A DNA stretch of 64,000 nt from an uncultured Gammaproteobacteria bacterium (GCA_964415025.1 CAYPXF010000006.1:58-64057); one strand, 5' to 3'. Positions 12,001 to 19,250 are shown, counted from the first letter of the stretch. The notes: generated from the sequence alone by a model not told the origin. Translations and numbers: made by a program.

Positions 12001-12373
12001 TCTTACTAACAAGACGAAGTTTTATTTTAGATACGGACAGCTTCGAATCCAGTACGTATTTGCCATTCTCGTATGGTTCTGGATCAGCTGGCGTTGGTGG
12101 CGGAGGTGTAACGCCATGCTCCTGCTCATATAGCTCCCGTACTACTCCGCATTCATAGCGGCGATCCTGCCGAGAACCAATGCGAACTGCGGTAAGCTTA
12201 CCAGTCCTGTCCCAATTACGAATCGTATTTGGATGAACACCAAAAATCTCACTCACTTGTTTGATAGTGAGGAGTTTAGGCAGTGAACCAAAATCGATAC
12301 GATGGCTGCTATTGGTGGTTTTTTTACCCCCTGAATTTGGTATGGTTTTTTGTGTGTTCTTGCCTCCGGGCAC
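17..12373 (-). CDS. Giant 4118-aa membrane-anchored surface protein: N-terminal MerR/excisionase-like HTH, one TM helix, triple tail-collar/HxH region, three large beta-rich modules, C-terminal beta-sandwich
   Basis: Uninterrupted ORF with GTG start. LLTIKQVSEIFGVHPNTIRNWDRTGKLTAVRIGSRQDRRY is an HTH_17/MerR-like pattern; TM segment VFVYSAGIVAFAFVAVQAIFFSYVYTI; T/G/S/D/N-rich repetitive body. Confidence 0.9.
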   Translation of the reverse strand: MPGGKNTQKTIPNSGGKKTTNSSHRIDFGSLPKLLTIKQVSEIFGVHPNTIRNWDRTGKLTAVRIGSRQDRRYECGVVRELYEQEHGVTPPPPTPADPEPYENGKYVLDSKLSVSKIKLRLVSKKFSVFVYSAGIVAFAFVAVQAIFFSYVYTIQAGAPEQKEYSITLEPATVSGWQYPDNARYLDLPSTAGLGAFTDKNSAVYANRPVQTAPLNQASAEQGTTAPPETVMKNTSSQPLPATESNPQVLGDEVSVSDELIATPVEALFEAGDYRLPDTVPADVLLQHASVLISLAADTYAGNEDVITFLLSVDDGQTWEVLGTQPLYEAMNNSTNEGYWKFSLMPYLESAADLSRLRFGVRYDAATGDQSATAYLDAVVIEAGLQEPHPASQAIQESVTIADTDLAADEDPVIDVAVEEEAFFDFLGADPTTRDIKKVEIISPDGETIDAPLEKKDVRVGDVTKAEYTVDTSVFDKPGKYRVALTIEQDGVVEQVVEEFTWGVLAFNPDQSIYQTGQDSLLSIGVLDDAGDMVCDAEVNMTITSPSGRVTMLTTTNGSISVSEYCRFKGDYRGPDYYGNYSANTVGQYDVRIEATHANGTRVLDDLFWAEDDPAYTIRRDGPTRVFPYIYQPMKLEVYAQDDYEGEIVEVVPGVYDIEILDDATIREVPRGNKTVKEIVWNRIISAGQTIELNYNFKTPEVSPALYLVGPARVGDWDEGRQWQMAIDVVYMYVLANTASAPTGWTDDTATFDSDFLRGAASFSVTGGGNATHSHTIHHTSVSGPSSTYGTTCSRRCSWVATSTHTHLTVDPSVDNADNNPAHHTFYIWKNDTGVPTTIPDNSFGFFDADPGGSWTRFSSADSRLVRLDNSHTTGGSDTHEHVVTWNSLGAVSGTIQELDPLLGDFAASDSHTHSAPDPSRVAGATSIPAYVTSLIYEQTNTTAQTIPSNFIGLFDGDPGTGWNVISDGAAEDYYQRFIRGHATTEGTQTGANTHSHSGTTSGPSGTPSATVSASGGSNYASGTHTHTITAEYNSADHTPPYVDFVIAQCDGCVSSGITLSGTAYQEDESTNVGSGVTVQVDVNGVSAGSDTTDTNGDWSVTGVSASSGDIITVYLDDHGTYEGTTVFKTDGTNQTNIDVFQNAVIVRNDTGASITNTNLESGDRDAGDDDIKFDVSSGNVTFDSGFELHVWTGDTYDPGGTVTTQGTGGDVHVDDGATLYLDTATNTIAAEITIDTSAILNVQQTTNVNGAGIAVDVTGTLNHTAATFTIGNSTDEDLRVNSGATVNLSGGTTVIQDLLDIDAGDVTISNTVDINDNIDMDGGTLEISSVVDVADDFDMDGGTLDINSGADIDLEGSSADFLVDGASTTVNLNDGSIDAGRYFQWNNGATINLYGGSHHTGAYGGGTNGSWEMQRSGSLTFNMISGTNPDANGCNITASNILIYNGGTFTTSTVTGGAICQGTTHTQRLFYDVESESHSFYNLKIIEDAAIHTSTTQTIPIANSFTIDSGVTFSTNDKNMKVDNGWINNGAFTAGTSTITLAGGSISGTNDTTFNNLTIDPADFLGDVDVDSAGTDDPIVSGTLNVATGNVLSIESGRTLTVDSSAIFTFSGYIDGEGTLVYKSTTAFPTTGSIASNPPITIRFDSTSNNVTMSERTDYQHVEIYGNATSNTVTAASGTIEVDRDLTLTQDGGSGDTEFNLNTNDPTFTVTGTLTINPYTSFAASNTAALNINGNFAYNGGSIVNNLGHVYLGGSSPQTINTGAGLLSPNGLYHMTITNTSGTDPDTDPGVIFTGGDVEIQGTLTITTQGVYIRFNDASEYSAYGISINGQSASGVTFRSDNPGTQYDFTYGNLHGQSIVNIDVQDSNACGGTTIDVTDSSNVNSGNNNCWDFGPVNISGTIYSDTGSTQYDCSANNLTVSIKVNGAGTNTGTCTAADGSFTVSSVDLSAEGDIMTVFLDNETPNATTVTEIQNPYDDISDFDLYQNNLITRTESAFDALSNTELDNYDSGNDSDVIFTVTSGNLTVSSGSGLYIWASSVFQPGGTVTTSPSSTASGSSGDVVIATGANLNISSNALSVGGDFDNSGTFGRSIPHTTTFTATGTGFGIDLGGTYFDDVVFNGSGGGWSFTTTGNIYGDLTMTAGTLSGTADIYVDDHVTGDGTINLTGGTFQVSNGSNNFGGDTGWTFYNLTFGHSGTVEVDTTATGSGSITVTNVMTLESTYYGTGDDYRSHNLNAGSKDWILSGSGRPLVDEDGVSQDSFIAQTSTVRYMGTSATNIEPQTYNNVEFKPTGGSPTYTVYGTFIAATSNMVVGDGTNTVTFEADTYDSTVDVDGTFSCTTGAGTNTVTTGTDVWTMSGNMDLSNCDTFNATSGNSIVMDGASKTLYASGKMLYDFTASGSVTIDSGNVTVHDLSIGGSGSLTSTNGILYVQGSWSNSNTFTHNSGTVQFTTTATATISGSTTFNDFTVSGIGAVKTMTFTAGTTQTISGTWTVTGASGQLVTLQSSTTSAWTVNPTAADVSYVDVSYSTNTGVAFCATYSNDGGNNTDWSISAGGSCGATISGTLYSDEGTTAIDCSAGAKTVNLRIDGAGADTTECSAADGGWSITGLTIASGDVITVYLENETEEGTTVYVSDGTDQSNVDVYQDWVIVRADTGSITNANLATGDDSDDDVKYAVSTNNLTIDVNVGLHVWNSDTYAPGGTVTTQQGGDIHIDNDATFNATDHDVTIGGSWRADTIDAYIPGSNTTKFTSTSTGETLYFASTHNNMTFDGVGGEWEFENGCGIDGNLTVTNGTIIGDSNIQVDDDVTGNGTINMSGGSFNIVNGSNNFGGDSAWAFYDLIFQHSGTTDYTTSATGSGSITITNQLTIQANYSMVSEYWYSHQLAAGGKDWILSGSGTVFHDQADGGAGNGSLDGQTSTFKYTGTSATTIEQTKSYNNLYLQPASGTPTYTFNAGNYFLTGDLTIQTTVSADTADLIWTDSGTLQSNGATFNNLVVDSNGGAATVAVETDNITIDNQLYVDTGDILSIDSVNVIWTGSSFTLNGSIVNAIRDSGYLVIDSATVIPTGGVINTQIRFDATNGNTSTMPARSYGGSVELYTNSGTTDRTIELGAGEHTIAYNLTGVVENGNSLTIDGATNNPTMNITGSLSFSGVGDGSPTITSGTGTWTVTDDVDFTGGDYTAATGNVLHIDDAATLTTSGDPLYDFQTSGAGTITVASAVTVNNDVTVGSGSTLSGSNNFTVKGGDLTGDGVVDWTGATFRIAGTGNMGGASNWTFNNLEFYLPVCGAYTTTATGTGSVTVNGTLAVASCFNLGDKEHTLNAGPKTWIITGTGTPITTNGRITGGTSTFRYTGAGATNIDSIDGVVLDGSYYNLEIKPSGTATHTLPVSGDLDINNNLIIGDGTNAATLSGTENNPSLDIGGSVSCAGTGTNNINTGTGTYQVTGDVDLTNCTVTATTDHTFHMDGASKSITPGGQTIYNYKASSTGTISQVGAMDVDGTFDLADTAAFTQAADSDLNVAGNFTLASGTTFTKASGTGKVVFDGDLTFTDSTATLQDMGTLWIGASPDTTDLSSDLKAKSLRVGSSDIFNTNGYDVAIETDILIDGVMDATDDGEGDATFIELGGDFTVSSGARYYPDTSTITFNDTTGTSNLVISPTCNTCDLNNVTVNDGGGGSLTVEVEDPITLNGNLTITDGTLDVVSVENNAITVGGNWSNSDTFEARSGTVTFDASSVSAGTVTIDSTGATKDDFYAVVLNDAADGDTFQLESAFDVNDDLTITGGTLDTKSGENNSIAIGGDWTNNDTFTARSSTVTADGSAQQTFEGTLTGAGGQFYNLTITNAGGSDPDVIFGAAAQTANNFTANTASTQLQFNAGSDYTFNNIDFDGQAEGTRVFLRSSSTGTQWNLISSGTQFVSNTDVRDSNACGGDTIDATDGTNFDATNNDCWNFNTLSFSIADTGPDMGVGFGSLSSTAATWATGDETGSATATPAHTLQITTNADNGYSITYSGSTLTNGSDSIDVATWTNDENGTPGTEQFAISASAGTDATIAAGYDYDTGGAAADYTFIADSKETLVSESTATATETISLYYIANISGQTEAGQYTTSITFIATANF

Positions 12374-12438
12374 TCTTTTTTTTATATCGGCTAATTTTAG
12401 CCATTAAGTCAATACTACTTAACAAAGAACATATCATA

Positions 12439-12467
12439 ATTATAGCAAAAAAGATGCCATCTGTCTA
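12439..12467 (-). promoter_or_regulatory. sigma70-like promoter upstream of the giant gene
   Basis: TAGACA-17 nt-TATAAT with TG extended -10 on the minus strand. Confidence 0.5.
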
Positions 12468-12499
12468 TAGTGCGGCTTATTTTATTAACTTAACAACTT

Positions 12500-13207
12500 T
12501 TATTTTTTAGAAAAGCGTAATAATATCACTCGCCAAAAACTTTCAATCATGATTGACAGGGAGAATTTAGAACTGCCGGCGTGCCGCTCTAAAAAGGTGA
12601 TGGGTATTTCTTTGATACGGTATTTCTGTTGCCATAAGCGGTATGTCACTTCAATCTGGAAATTATATCCTCGTGATTCGAGTTTCCGAAAATCAAGCGA
12701 GGCTAATGCTTGACGGCGAAAACATTTATATCCGCCCGTCAGATCACTGATTGGTATGCCCAGGATAATTCGAATAGTGCTGTTTGCTAATTTACTGATG
12801 CAGCGACGCGGTATATTCCAATTTTCTACTCCTCCGCCACGGATATACCGCGATCCCAATACAACATCCGCCGATTGTATGACCTGGAAAAAATGCGGCA
12901 AATATTTCGGCTGGTGCGAATAATCAGCATCCATTTCAAAAATATACTGGACTGCCGTATTTTTCAAAACATGCATAAACCCGGCGGCATAAGCACGCCC
13001 CAAGCCCTGCTTCTGGGCCCGGTGTAAGACATCGATACGGTCGTGTCGCTGTGCCAGCTCATCAGCTAGTCTGCCTGTTCCGTCAGGAGAATTATCATCT
13101 ACGACTAAAATACCGCAATCAGCCGGTGCCACGCGGAGTATTTCCTGAACAATGCCCGGTAGATTTTCCCGTTCATTATAGGTGGGTAATATGATAACCG
13201 ATTTCAT
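12500..13207 (-). CDS. Polyprenol monophosphomannose synthase (GT2, DPM1-like)
   Basis: IILPTYNEREN, VVDDNSPDGT, EMDADYSH, DLTGGYKCFRR motifs. Confidence 0.92.
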   Translation of the reverse strand: MKSVIILPTYNERENLPGIVQEILRVAPADCGILVVDDNSPDGTGRLADELAQRHDRIDVLHRAQKQGLGRAYAAGFMHVLKNTAVQYIFEMDADYSHQPKYLPHFFQVIQSADVVLGSRYIRGGGVENWNIPRRCISKLANSTIRIILGIPISDLTGGYKCFRRQALASLDFRKLESRGYNFQIEVTYRLWQQKYRIKEIPITFLERHAGSSKFSLSIMIESFWRVILLRFSKK

Positions 13208-13325
13208 AAGAATAGTGCTATTGTATCACGGGCTATCTGCCATGTAAACGAATATCACCGGGCAGCTAATAGCTAATGCCTATTTTGACGTACCATACCC
13301 TTTTTACTATAATGAAGGAACAATT

Positions 13326-14801
13326 ATGCCTGAATTTGTAAACAACGAAGCTGGATCACAGTTATCCAAAAAAAATACGCAGCCATCTTTGGAAGTAAAG
13401 CCCGGAAACTGGTACCAACAGCCAGCCACCAAGCGTTCATGGTGGTGGCGTATTGCTATTGGGGTGTTTGCTATTCTCCTGGTTATCGGCCTGGGAGTTC
13501 TGACCAAGGCAGTGCTTGCTATTAATAGCACAAACAGCATTTCTGGTGATAAAGTGGGATTTTTTGATCAGATTAAACACCTCATATCCAATCCCGATAA
13601 GCAGCTCGTTGGCGAAGCAGATGAGCGTGTCAATGTTTTACTAGTCGGCATAGGCGGTGCAGGACACCAGGGTGCTTACTTGGCTGATACGATAATTCTG
13701 GCCAGTATTAAGCCATCGACAGAAGAAGTAGCCACACTATCCATACCGCGTGATCTGTACGTCGAGATTCCAGAATACGGCTGGCGCAAAATTAATAATG
13801 CCATGGCTTTTGGCGAAATGGGAGACTATCTTGGCGGCGGTCCGGCCCTGCTGATCGATGCACTCGAACCGGTCATCGGCGTTCCCATACATTATTATGC
13901 CCGCGTTGATTTTGAGGGATTTAGGAAAATAATTGATGATCTCGGCGGGATTGATGTATACGTAGAAAACGGTTTTACCGACTACGAATACCCTGATTAT
14001 AATTACGGTTATCAGACTATTTCATTTACCGAGGGCTGGGAACATATGAATGGTGAGCGAGCATTACAATACTCTCGGTCACGGCACGGCACGAATGGCG
14101 AGGGTTCGGACTTTGCCCGATCCAGACGCCAGCAAAAAGTACTCTTCGCTGCCAAAGAAAAAGCCCTCTCGCTCAATACCCTGCTCAATCCGAATAAAAT
14201 CGTCAATATTTTAGAAAGTCTAGGCGAACATAACCAGACAAACATGGAAATATGGGAAATACTGCGATTAGCCGATCTGATAAAAAATATTGAACGTGAA
14301 AAGGTAATCAGCAAAGTACTGGAAAACAGCCCCGAGGGCTTGCTGCAGTCAGAAACAACTCTTGATGGCGCCTATATCCTGCGTCCGCGGACAGGTGATT
14401 ATACTGCCATTCAGGATATGGCGGAAAATATTTTCGAAGTAAATCACGTGACGCAGGAAAATGCTCAATTAATTATACAAAACAGCACCAATGTCGAAGG
14501 GCTGGCCAGTGACACTGCCGACATGCTGTCTGCCAGGGGCTACGCCATCACCACCGTTACCAATGCAAATACTGAAGAGCCGCTAGACAGGACAACAATA
14601 TATGATCTATCAAACGGCAATAAGCCCTATACTATTGTGGCTTTGCAAAAATTGCTCGATGTAACGGTAATGACCCAGCCACCTGATTTTTACCAGACGG
14701 CGCTATCAAACACTAACAGTGGCACTACCCAAATTGCCGACATTCTGGTCGTACTTGGAGCTGATTATAGCTCTATCCCATTGCTTACTAACGCTAATTA
14801 A
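13326..14801 (+). CDS. LCP (LytR-CpsA-Psr) family protein with LytR C-terminal domain
   Basis: N-terminal TM; ADTIILASI, SIPRDLYV, KINNA, SRSRH, SDFARSRRQQ; C-terminal NSTNVEGLA...DILVVLGADY. Confidence 0.92.
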   Translation: MPEFVNNEAGSQLSKKNTQPSLEVKPGNWYQQPATKRSWWWRIAIGVFAILLVIGLGVLTKAVLAINSTNSISGDKVGFFDQIKHLISNPDKQLVGEADERVNVLLVGIGGAGHQGAYLADTIILASIKPSTEEVATLSIPRDLYVEIPEYGWRKINNAMAFGEMGDYLGGGPALLIDALEPVIGVPIHYYARVDFEGFRKIIDDLGGIDVYVENGFTDYEYPDYNYGYQTISFTEGWEHMNGERALQYSRSRHGTNGEGSDFARSRRQQKVLFAAKEKALSLNTLLNPNKIVNILESLGEHNQTNMEIWEILRLADLIKNIEREKVISKVLENSPEGLLQSETTLDGAYILRPRTGDYTAIQDMAENIFEVNHVTQENAQLIIQNSTNVEGLASDTADMLSARGYAITTVTNANTEEPLDRTTIYDLSNGNKPYTIVALQKLLDVTVMTQPPDFYQTALSNTNSGTTQIADILVVLGADYSSIPLLTNAN

Positions 14802-14805
14802 TGTT

Positions 14806-16134
14806 ATGTCACCTGCACTGCCGCGCGTTGTGCTGATCGGCAGAATTAATGCTGGGAAATCTACCCTCTTTAATACGCTTGCTGAAACAGGACGCGCACT
14901 CACTTCGCCCATACCTGGCACTACTCGAGATATCAATACACAAACGGTCCGCTGGAGGGACCGTGCTTTTGTCTTAGTCGATACAGGTGGCCTGGACGCT
15001 GATCAGCTGGGTAAGATGGAAAAGGCAGTCGCTGCCAAGGCGCAGCAAACGATTATTGAAGCCGCGGTCGTGCTCTTAGTAATCGACGGACGGCATGATC
15101 TGACTGAAGCAGACCGTCGGATTGCTAAAACGCTGAAACAACGACACAAAAATACGTTTTTAGTTATTAATAAAATTGACAGCCCTCGCCTGCGCCGCCA
15201 CGTATCGCCTGATTTTTTTAAGCTCGGGCTTGGTGAACCACATTATATTTCAGCGCTCCGCGGTACAGGCACTGGCGATCTGTTGGATGTGCTGGTCAGG
15301 GAGCTGCCGCCGCGTCAGGCGACTGAACCAGCATACGAGATCCGGGTATCACTTATCGGTAAAACCAATGTCGGCAAATCCTCTCTTATCAATGCGATGA
15401 TAGGCGATGAACGCATTATTGTCAGTGATCAGCCGCATACGACTCGCGAGCCACAGGATATTGCCCTGACCTACCATGGCACGAAGATGCTTTTTGTGGA
15501 CACTGCCGGACTACGTAAAAAAAAGGCAAAAGTAAATCAATTAGAAAAAATGGGGATTGCCCGCAGCCACGCGGCGGTGCGGCGGTCTGCTATCAGTATT
15601 ATTGTCACCGATGTCAGCCAGCCGCTGACCAGCCAGGATCAGGCTATTGCCGCTTTCGCGCTCGAGCAGCAGAATGCTATACTGGTAATAGCTAATAAGT
15701 GGGACCTTATAGCTGATAAGGATACCGACAGCATAGCGCGCTACCGGAAAAACTACCGCCGCTATTTTTCATTTATTGACTGGGCGCCGTTCATTTTTAC
15801 GTCAGCCACAGAAAAAATTCGTATCGGTAAAATACTCCAGCAAGCAGTAGCCGTATACCAGGAATACCAGCGCACGCTGACTACGGCCCAGTTGGCAAGC
15901 CTCATCCAGCAGGTCACTCCTCGACAGGCCAAGCCGAGCATGGGCAAAAAGCCCGGCAAACCAACGCGGCTGGTACAGATTGATACAGCGCCTCCGCGGT
16001 TTACGCTATATGCCAGGAGGCCAGAGCGGGTGCATCCTGCATATATAAATTTATTAGAAAAAAAGATGCGCTCTGCGCACGGATTTCAGGGGACGCCCAT
16101 CAGCATCTCGGTGACCAAAGAAAAAAACCTATGA
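14806..16134 (+). CDS. der: Ribosome biogenesis GTPase Der
   Basis: Two G domains (GRINAGKST/DTGG/NKID and GKTNVGKSS/DTAG/NKWD) plus KH-like C-terminus (FQGTPI); start set at ATG 14806 after the LCP stop. Confidence 0.95.
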   Translation: MSPALPRVVLIGRINAGKSTLFNTLAETGRALTSPIPGTTRDINTQTVRWRDRAFVLVDTGGLDADQLGKMEKAVAAKAQQTIIEAAVVLLVIDGRHDLTEADRRIAKTLKQRHKNTFLVINKIDSPRLRRHVSPDFFKLGLGEPHYISALRGTGTGDLLDVLVRELPPRQATEPAYEIRVSLIGKTNVGKSSLINAMIGDERIIVSDQPHTTREPQDIALTYHGTKMLFVDTAGLRKKKAKVNQLEKMGIARSHAAVRRSAISIIVTDVSQPLTSQDQAIAAFALEQQNAILVIANKWDLIADKDTDSIARYRKNYRRYFSFIDWAPFIFTSATEKIRIGKILQQAVAVYQEYQRTLTTAQLASLIQQVTPRQAKPSMGKKPGKPTRLVQIDTAPPRFTLYARRPERVHPAYINLLEKKMRSAHGFQGTPISISVTKEKNL

Positions 16135-16667
16135 AGCTCATCGTCGGCCTGGGTAATCCAGGAAAACAATACGCGCGCACACGACATAATATCGCCTGGC
16201 ACGTACTGGCGCCGCTCTATTCATTTACCCCGCATCAGAAATTCCAGGCACACATAGCTCGCCCCTTACCAGGCGTGCTGATTGCCCTACCTCAGACGTT
16301 TATGAACAATTCAGGAAAGGCCGTGGCGTCAATCGCAAATTTTTATACCGTCAATCCAGAGGATATCTGGATCATACACGATGAAATTGATCTACCACTA
16401 GGTACTATCCGTGTGAATTTTGATCGTTCTGCGGCAGGCCATCGCGGTGTCGCGTCTGTTATCGAATCACTAGGCACCCAGGAATTCTGGCGGATCCGCA
16501 TCGGTATCCAGGCACCATCAAAAGGCGCCCTGCCGACTGATGCCTATGTCCTGCAGCCGTTTACTCCAGATGAGCAACCCCTGATCCAGCGTATCGTCGA
16601 AAAAACACAGCCACTGATTCGAGATATGATGAAGTATGGCATCACCGAGCAAAATCAGTTAGTATAA
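16131..16667 (+). CDS. pth: Peptidyl-tRNA hydrolase
   Basis: LIVGLGNPGKQYARTRHN, PQTFMNNSG, HDEIDLP, GHRG, RIRIGI. Confidence 0.96.
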   Translation: MKLIVGLGNPGKQYARTRHNIAWHVLAPLYSFTPHQKFQAHIARPLPGVLIALPQTFMNNSGKAVASIANFYTVNPEDIWIIHDEIDLPLGTIRVNFDRSAAGHRGVASVIESLGTQEFWRIRIGIQAPSKGALPTDAYVLQPFTPDEQPLIQRIVEKTQPLIRDMMKYGITEQNQLV

Positions 16668-16671
16668 ACAT

Positions 16672-17748
16672 ATGGATACCCAAAGCAAAATGACAATCGA
16701 TACAATACTGAATACGGTTGCTGGACAGCAGGCTTCTGACCTGCATTTGTCGGTGGGCAATCCGCCGGTTATCCGGCTCAATGAACAACTCGTCCCGCTG
16801 GAAAATGAGACTATCATTACCAAACGGTTTATGGAGGATTTTGTCGAAGCAATACTTACCCCTGACCAGCGTGAGAAATTAGAGGAAAAAAAGGAAATAG
16901 TTATTTCGTATCAATTCAACAAACAGGCGCGATTTAGGGTAAATATTTTTTACCAAAAAGAAGTGCTGGCCGCCTATTTACGTTATGTCAGCAACACCAT
17001 ACGGCCACTCGACCAGCTGGGACTACCCTTTTACAGTATGGAAAAACTAACTAAAAAGGATGAAGGGTTAATCATTATTAGCGGCGAATTCGGATCAGGC
17101 AAAACTACTACCTCGGCCTCAATCATCGATTATATTAATAAACACCGTTCAGCCTATATCTTGAGCATCGAGGAGCCAATCGAATACATCTTCACTAATA
17201 AAAAGAGTATTATCGAACAGCGAGAGGTCGGCCGCGACGCGATTTCTTTTGAGCAGGGACTGCATTCTGTAACACAGGAAGATATTGACGTGCTGTTTAT
17301 TTCTGACCTGCCCTCGCCAGAGGTCATAAAAGAAGTGCTGACCATCGCCAATTCCAGTCGATTGGTAGTGGCTACGGTAGAGGCAGACAGCATTCTCAAA
17401 ACATTAGAATACATTATCAACAGTTTTCCGGGTGATGAACAGCATCAGGTGCGCCAGCAGCTCGCTTCAAATCTCGAGGGTGTCATCTGCCAAAAACTTA
17501 TATCGCGCATTGGCGGAGGAAAAGCGGCAATCGCCGAAATAATGCTGGCCACTGACCCGATCCGATCCATTATTAAGGAGGGATCACTTTATCAGATTAA
17601 TAACATTATTCAGACTTCCCGCGAAGAAGGCATGGCTTCATTTGACTGGTCGCTGGCTGATCTGGTAAAAACAAACCAAGTACAGTACGAAACCGCCGTA
17701 GATCATGCCGCCGACAAACAGCGTCTGGCCACACTGCTGCGGGTATAA
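16672..17748 (+). CDS. pilT: PilT/PilU-family type IV pilus ATPase, catalytically degenerate
   Basis: ASDLHLSVGNPP, RFRVNIF, GSGKTT, QREVG; Walker B and His box are altered. Confidence 0.85.
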   Translation: MDTQSKMTIDTILNTVAGQQASDLHLSVGNPPVIRLNEQLVPLENETIITKRFMEDFVEAILTPDQREKLEEKKEIVISYQFNKQARFRVNIFYQKEVLAAYLRYVSNTIRPLDQLGLPFYSMEKLTKKDEGLIIISGEFGSGKTTTSASIIDYINKHRSAYILSIEEPIEYIFTNKKSIIEQREVGRDAISFEQGLHSVTQEDIDVLFISDLPSPEVIKEVLTIANSSRLVVATVEADSILKTLEYIINSFPGDEQHQVRQQLASNLEGVICQKLISRIGGGKAAIAEIMLATDPIRSIIKEGSLYQINNIIQTSREEGMASFDWSLADLVKTNQVQYETAVDHAADKQRLATLLRV

Positions 17749-17759
17749 CATAATTAATT

Positions 17760-18809
17760 ATGGCTTTGTTTAAACAGAAAAATGAGCGGCTGGTCGGCGT
17801 TGATTTTGGTTCAGCGACTATTAAACTAGTTGAAATCGAATACACTGATCCGTCCTATCGACTCGTTACCTACGGCATTGCCCAGCGTGACCATGATGCC
17901 TATAAAATCAATACTGTCCAGGGGCAGCGCCAGGTAGCCGCTCTGCTCCAGGAGGTTGTACAGGCCGCACGGGTCAACACGATTGATACCGTTACCGCCA
18001 TCCCGGCGCTGTCCTCTTTTAACACGGTCGTCACCCTGCCCCACATGCCGGATAAAGAACTGGGTTCAGCCGTGCAATGGGAGGCGAAAAAACTGGTGCC
18101 GCTGCCTATCGAAAAAATGAAAATTGACTGGCAGCGCATCCCGCCGGATCCACGGGATGATAAAGACCAAACAAAAGTAATTATTACCGCGGCTCCATTA
18201 GATATTATCAATGCCTACATTAATATTTTCCGTCAGGTAAACCTAAATCTCAAAAGCATAGAAACAGAAATTACCGCATTACGGCGGTCCCTTGTTCCGC
18301 ATGAGGGTGGAACTTTTTTACTGGTAGATATGGGAGCTACAAACACAAATCTGGTTCTGTTTAATCGGGGAATCCCCCGGGTGAACCGCAATGTTGAGGT
18401 CGGCGGCAAAACCATTACCCAGCGCATAGCCGAAAGCCTCAATGTGCAGCCAGAACGCGCTGAACAGTTTAAAAACGATATTGGTCTGCCTCTGCCGAAC
18501 CAGCAGCCACATCCAGCGGCAAAAGCTGCTGCCTTTCTCATTGATAACATGATTGTCCGTGAAATCAAACGGTTAAGCCGCACTATCCAGAGCACCGAGC
18601 AAACAAATATTAAAAAAGTGATTCTGATCGGCGGTTGTTCCCATCTGAAAAACCTGCCTAAATACATAGAGCATGCCTTATCACTGCCTGCTGACATCGG
18701 TAACCCCTGGGAACATATTATTTACCCGCGTGATTTGCAGCATGAGATGCTGCAAATCGGCCCCCAGCTGGCAGTGGCTGTAGGACTGGCCATGAAAACA
18801 AAAAAATAG
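17760..18809 (+). CDS. pilM: Type IV pilus assembly protein PilM
   Basis: VGVDFGSATIKLVE, WEAKKLVP, VDMGATNT, ILIGG, AVAVGLAMK (actin-like fold). Confidence 0.92.
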   Translation: MALFKQKNERLVGVDFGSATIKLVEIEYTDPSYRLVTYGIAQRDHDAYKINTVQGQRQVAALLQEVVQAARVNTIDTVTAIPALSSFNTVVTLPHMPDKELGSAVQWEAKKLVPLPIEKMKIDWQRIPPDPRDDKDQTKVIITAAPLDIINAYINIFRQVNLNLKSIETEITALRRSLVPHEGGTFLLVDMGATNTNLVLFNRGIPRVNRNVEVGGKTITQRIAESLNVQPERAEQFKNDIGLPLPNQQPHPAAKAAAFLIDNMIVREIKRLSRTIQSTEQTNIKKVILIGGCSHLKNLPKYIEHALSLPADIGNPWEHIIYPRDLQHEMLQIGPQLAVAVGLAMKTKK

Positions 18810-18833
18810 CTCTGAACAACTGTTCAGAGCTAT
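18806..18833. terminator. Hairpin terminator between convergent genes
   Basis: ATAGCTCTGAACA-AC-TGTTCAGAGCTAT with a U-tract on the minus strand. Confidence 0.7.
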
Positions 18834-18840
18834 ATGCATA

Positions 18841-19035
18841 CTATAGAGACTTAAATTTTTCGCCAAATCGTTCGCATATATACGCGCAGGTTTTGGCGGC
18901 TTCACCGCCAGTAATCTGTCGCTTTGACCGATTATCATGTTCATCAGTCTCTACGGTACCAGTTAGGATGAGTCGACGAACGGCTTCAAACTCTGAAATT
19001 ATTTGATTTATGAGCAAAAGCGATGTATCTGTCAT
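18841..19035 (-). CDS. Small hypothetical protein (64 aa)
   Basis: AAGGAGG SD before ATG, own upstream promoter and downstream terminator. Confidence 0.6.
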   Translation of the reverse strand: MTDTSLLLINQIISEFEAVRRLILTGTVETDEHDNRSKRQITGGEAAKTCAYICERFGEKFKSL

Positions 19036-19061
19036 TTTTCCTCCTTTATGTTGTTATTAAA

Positions 19062-19199
19062 AAAAGCATCCACATTTCTGCCTCCAAGCGCAAGGCAATA
19101 CAGTATAAAACTGCATAACCTTAACTTGTGGCTAATAACAGAGCTTAGGAGGGGTTGCTCTGTATTCACCGCTTGGTAGGCAGAAAACTAGATGCTTTT
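19062..19199 (-). ncRNA. Candidate structured leader RNA or sRNA
   Basis: Long closing stem (AAAAGCATC/GATGCTTTT, TTTCTGCCT/AGGCAGAAA, CCAAGCG/CGCTTGG), internal hairpin ACAGAGC/GCTCTGT, U-tract at the end. Confidence 0.45.
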
Positions 19200-19250
19200 G
19201 TGTCAAAAATCCGTGGCTCTTGATTTTTTAAAAAACTAATGCAATACTAC

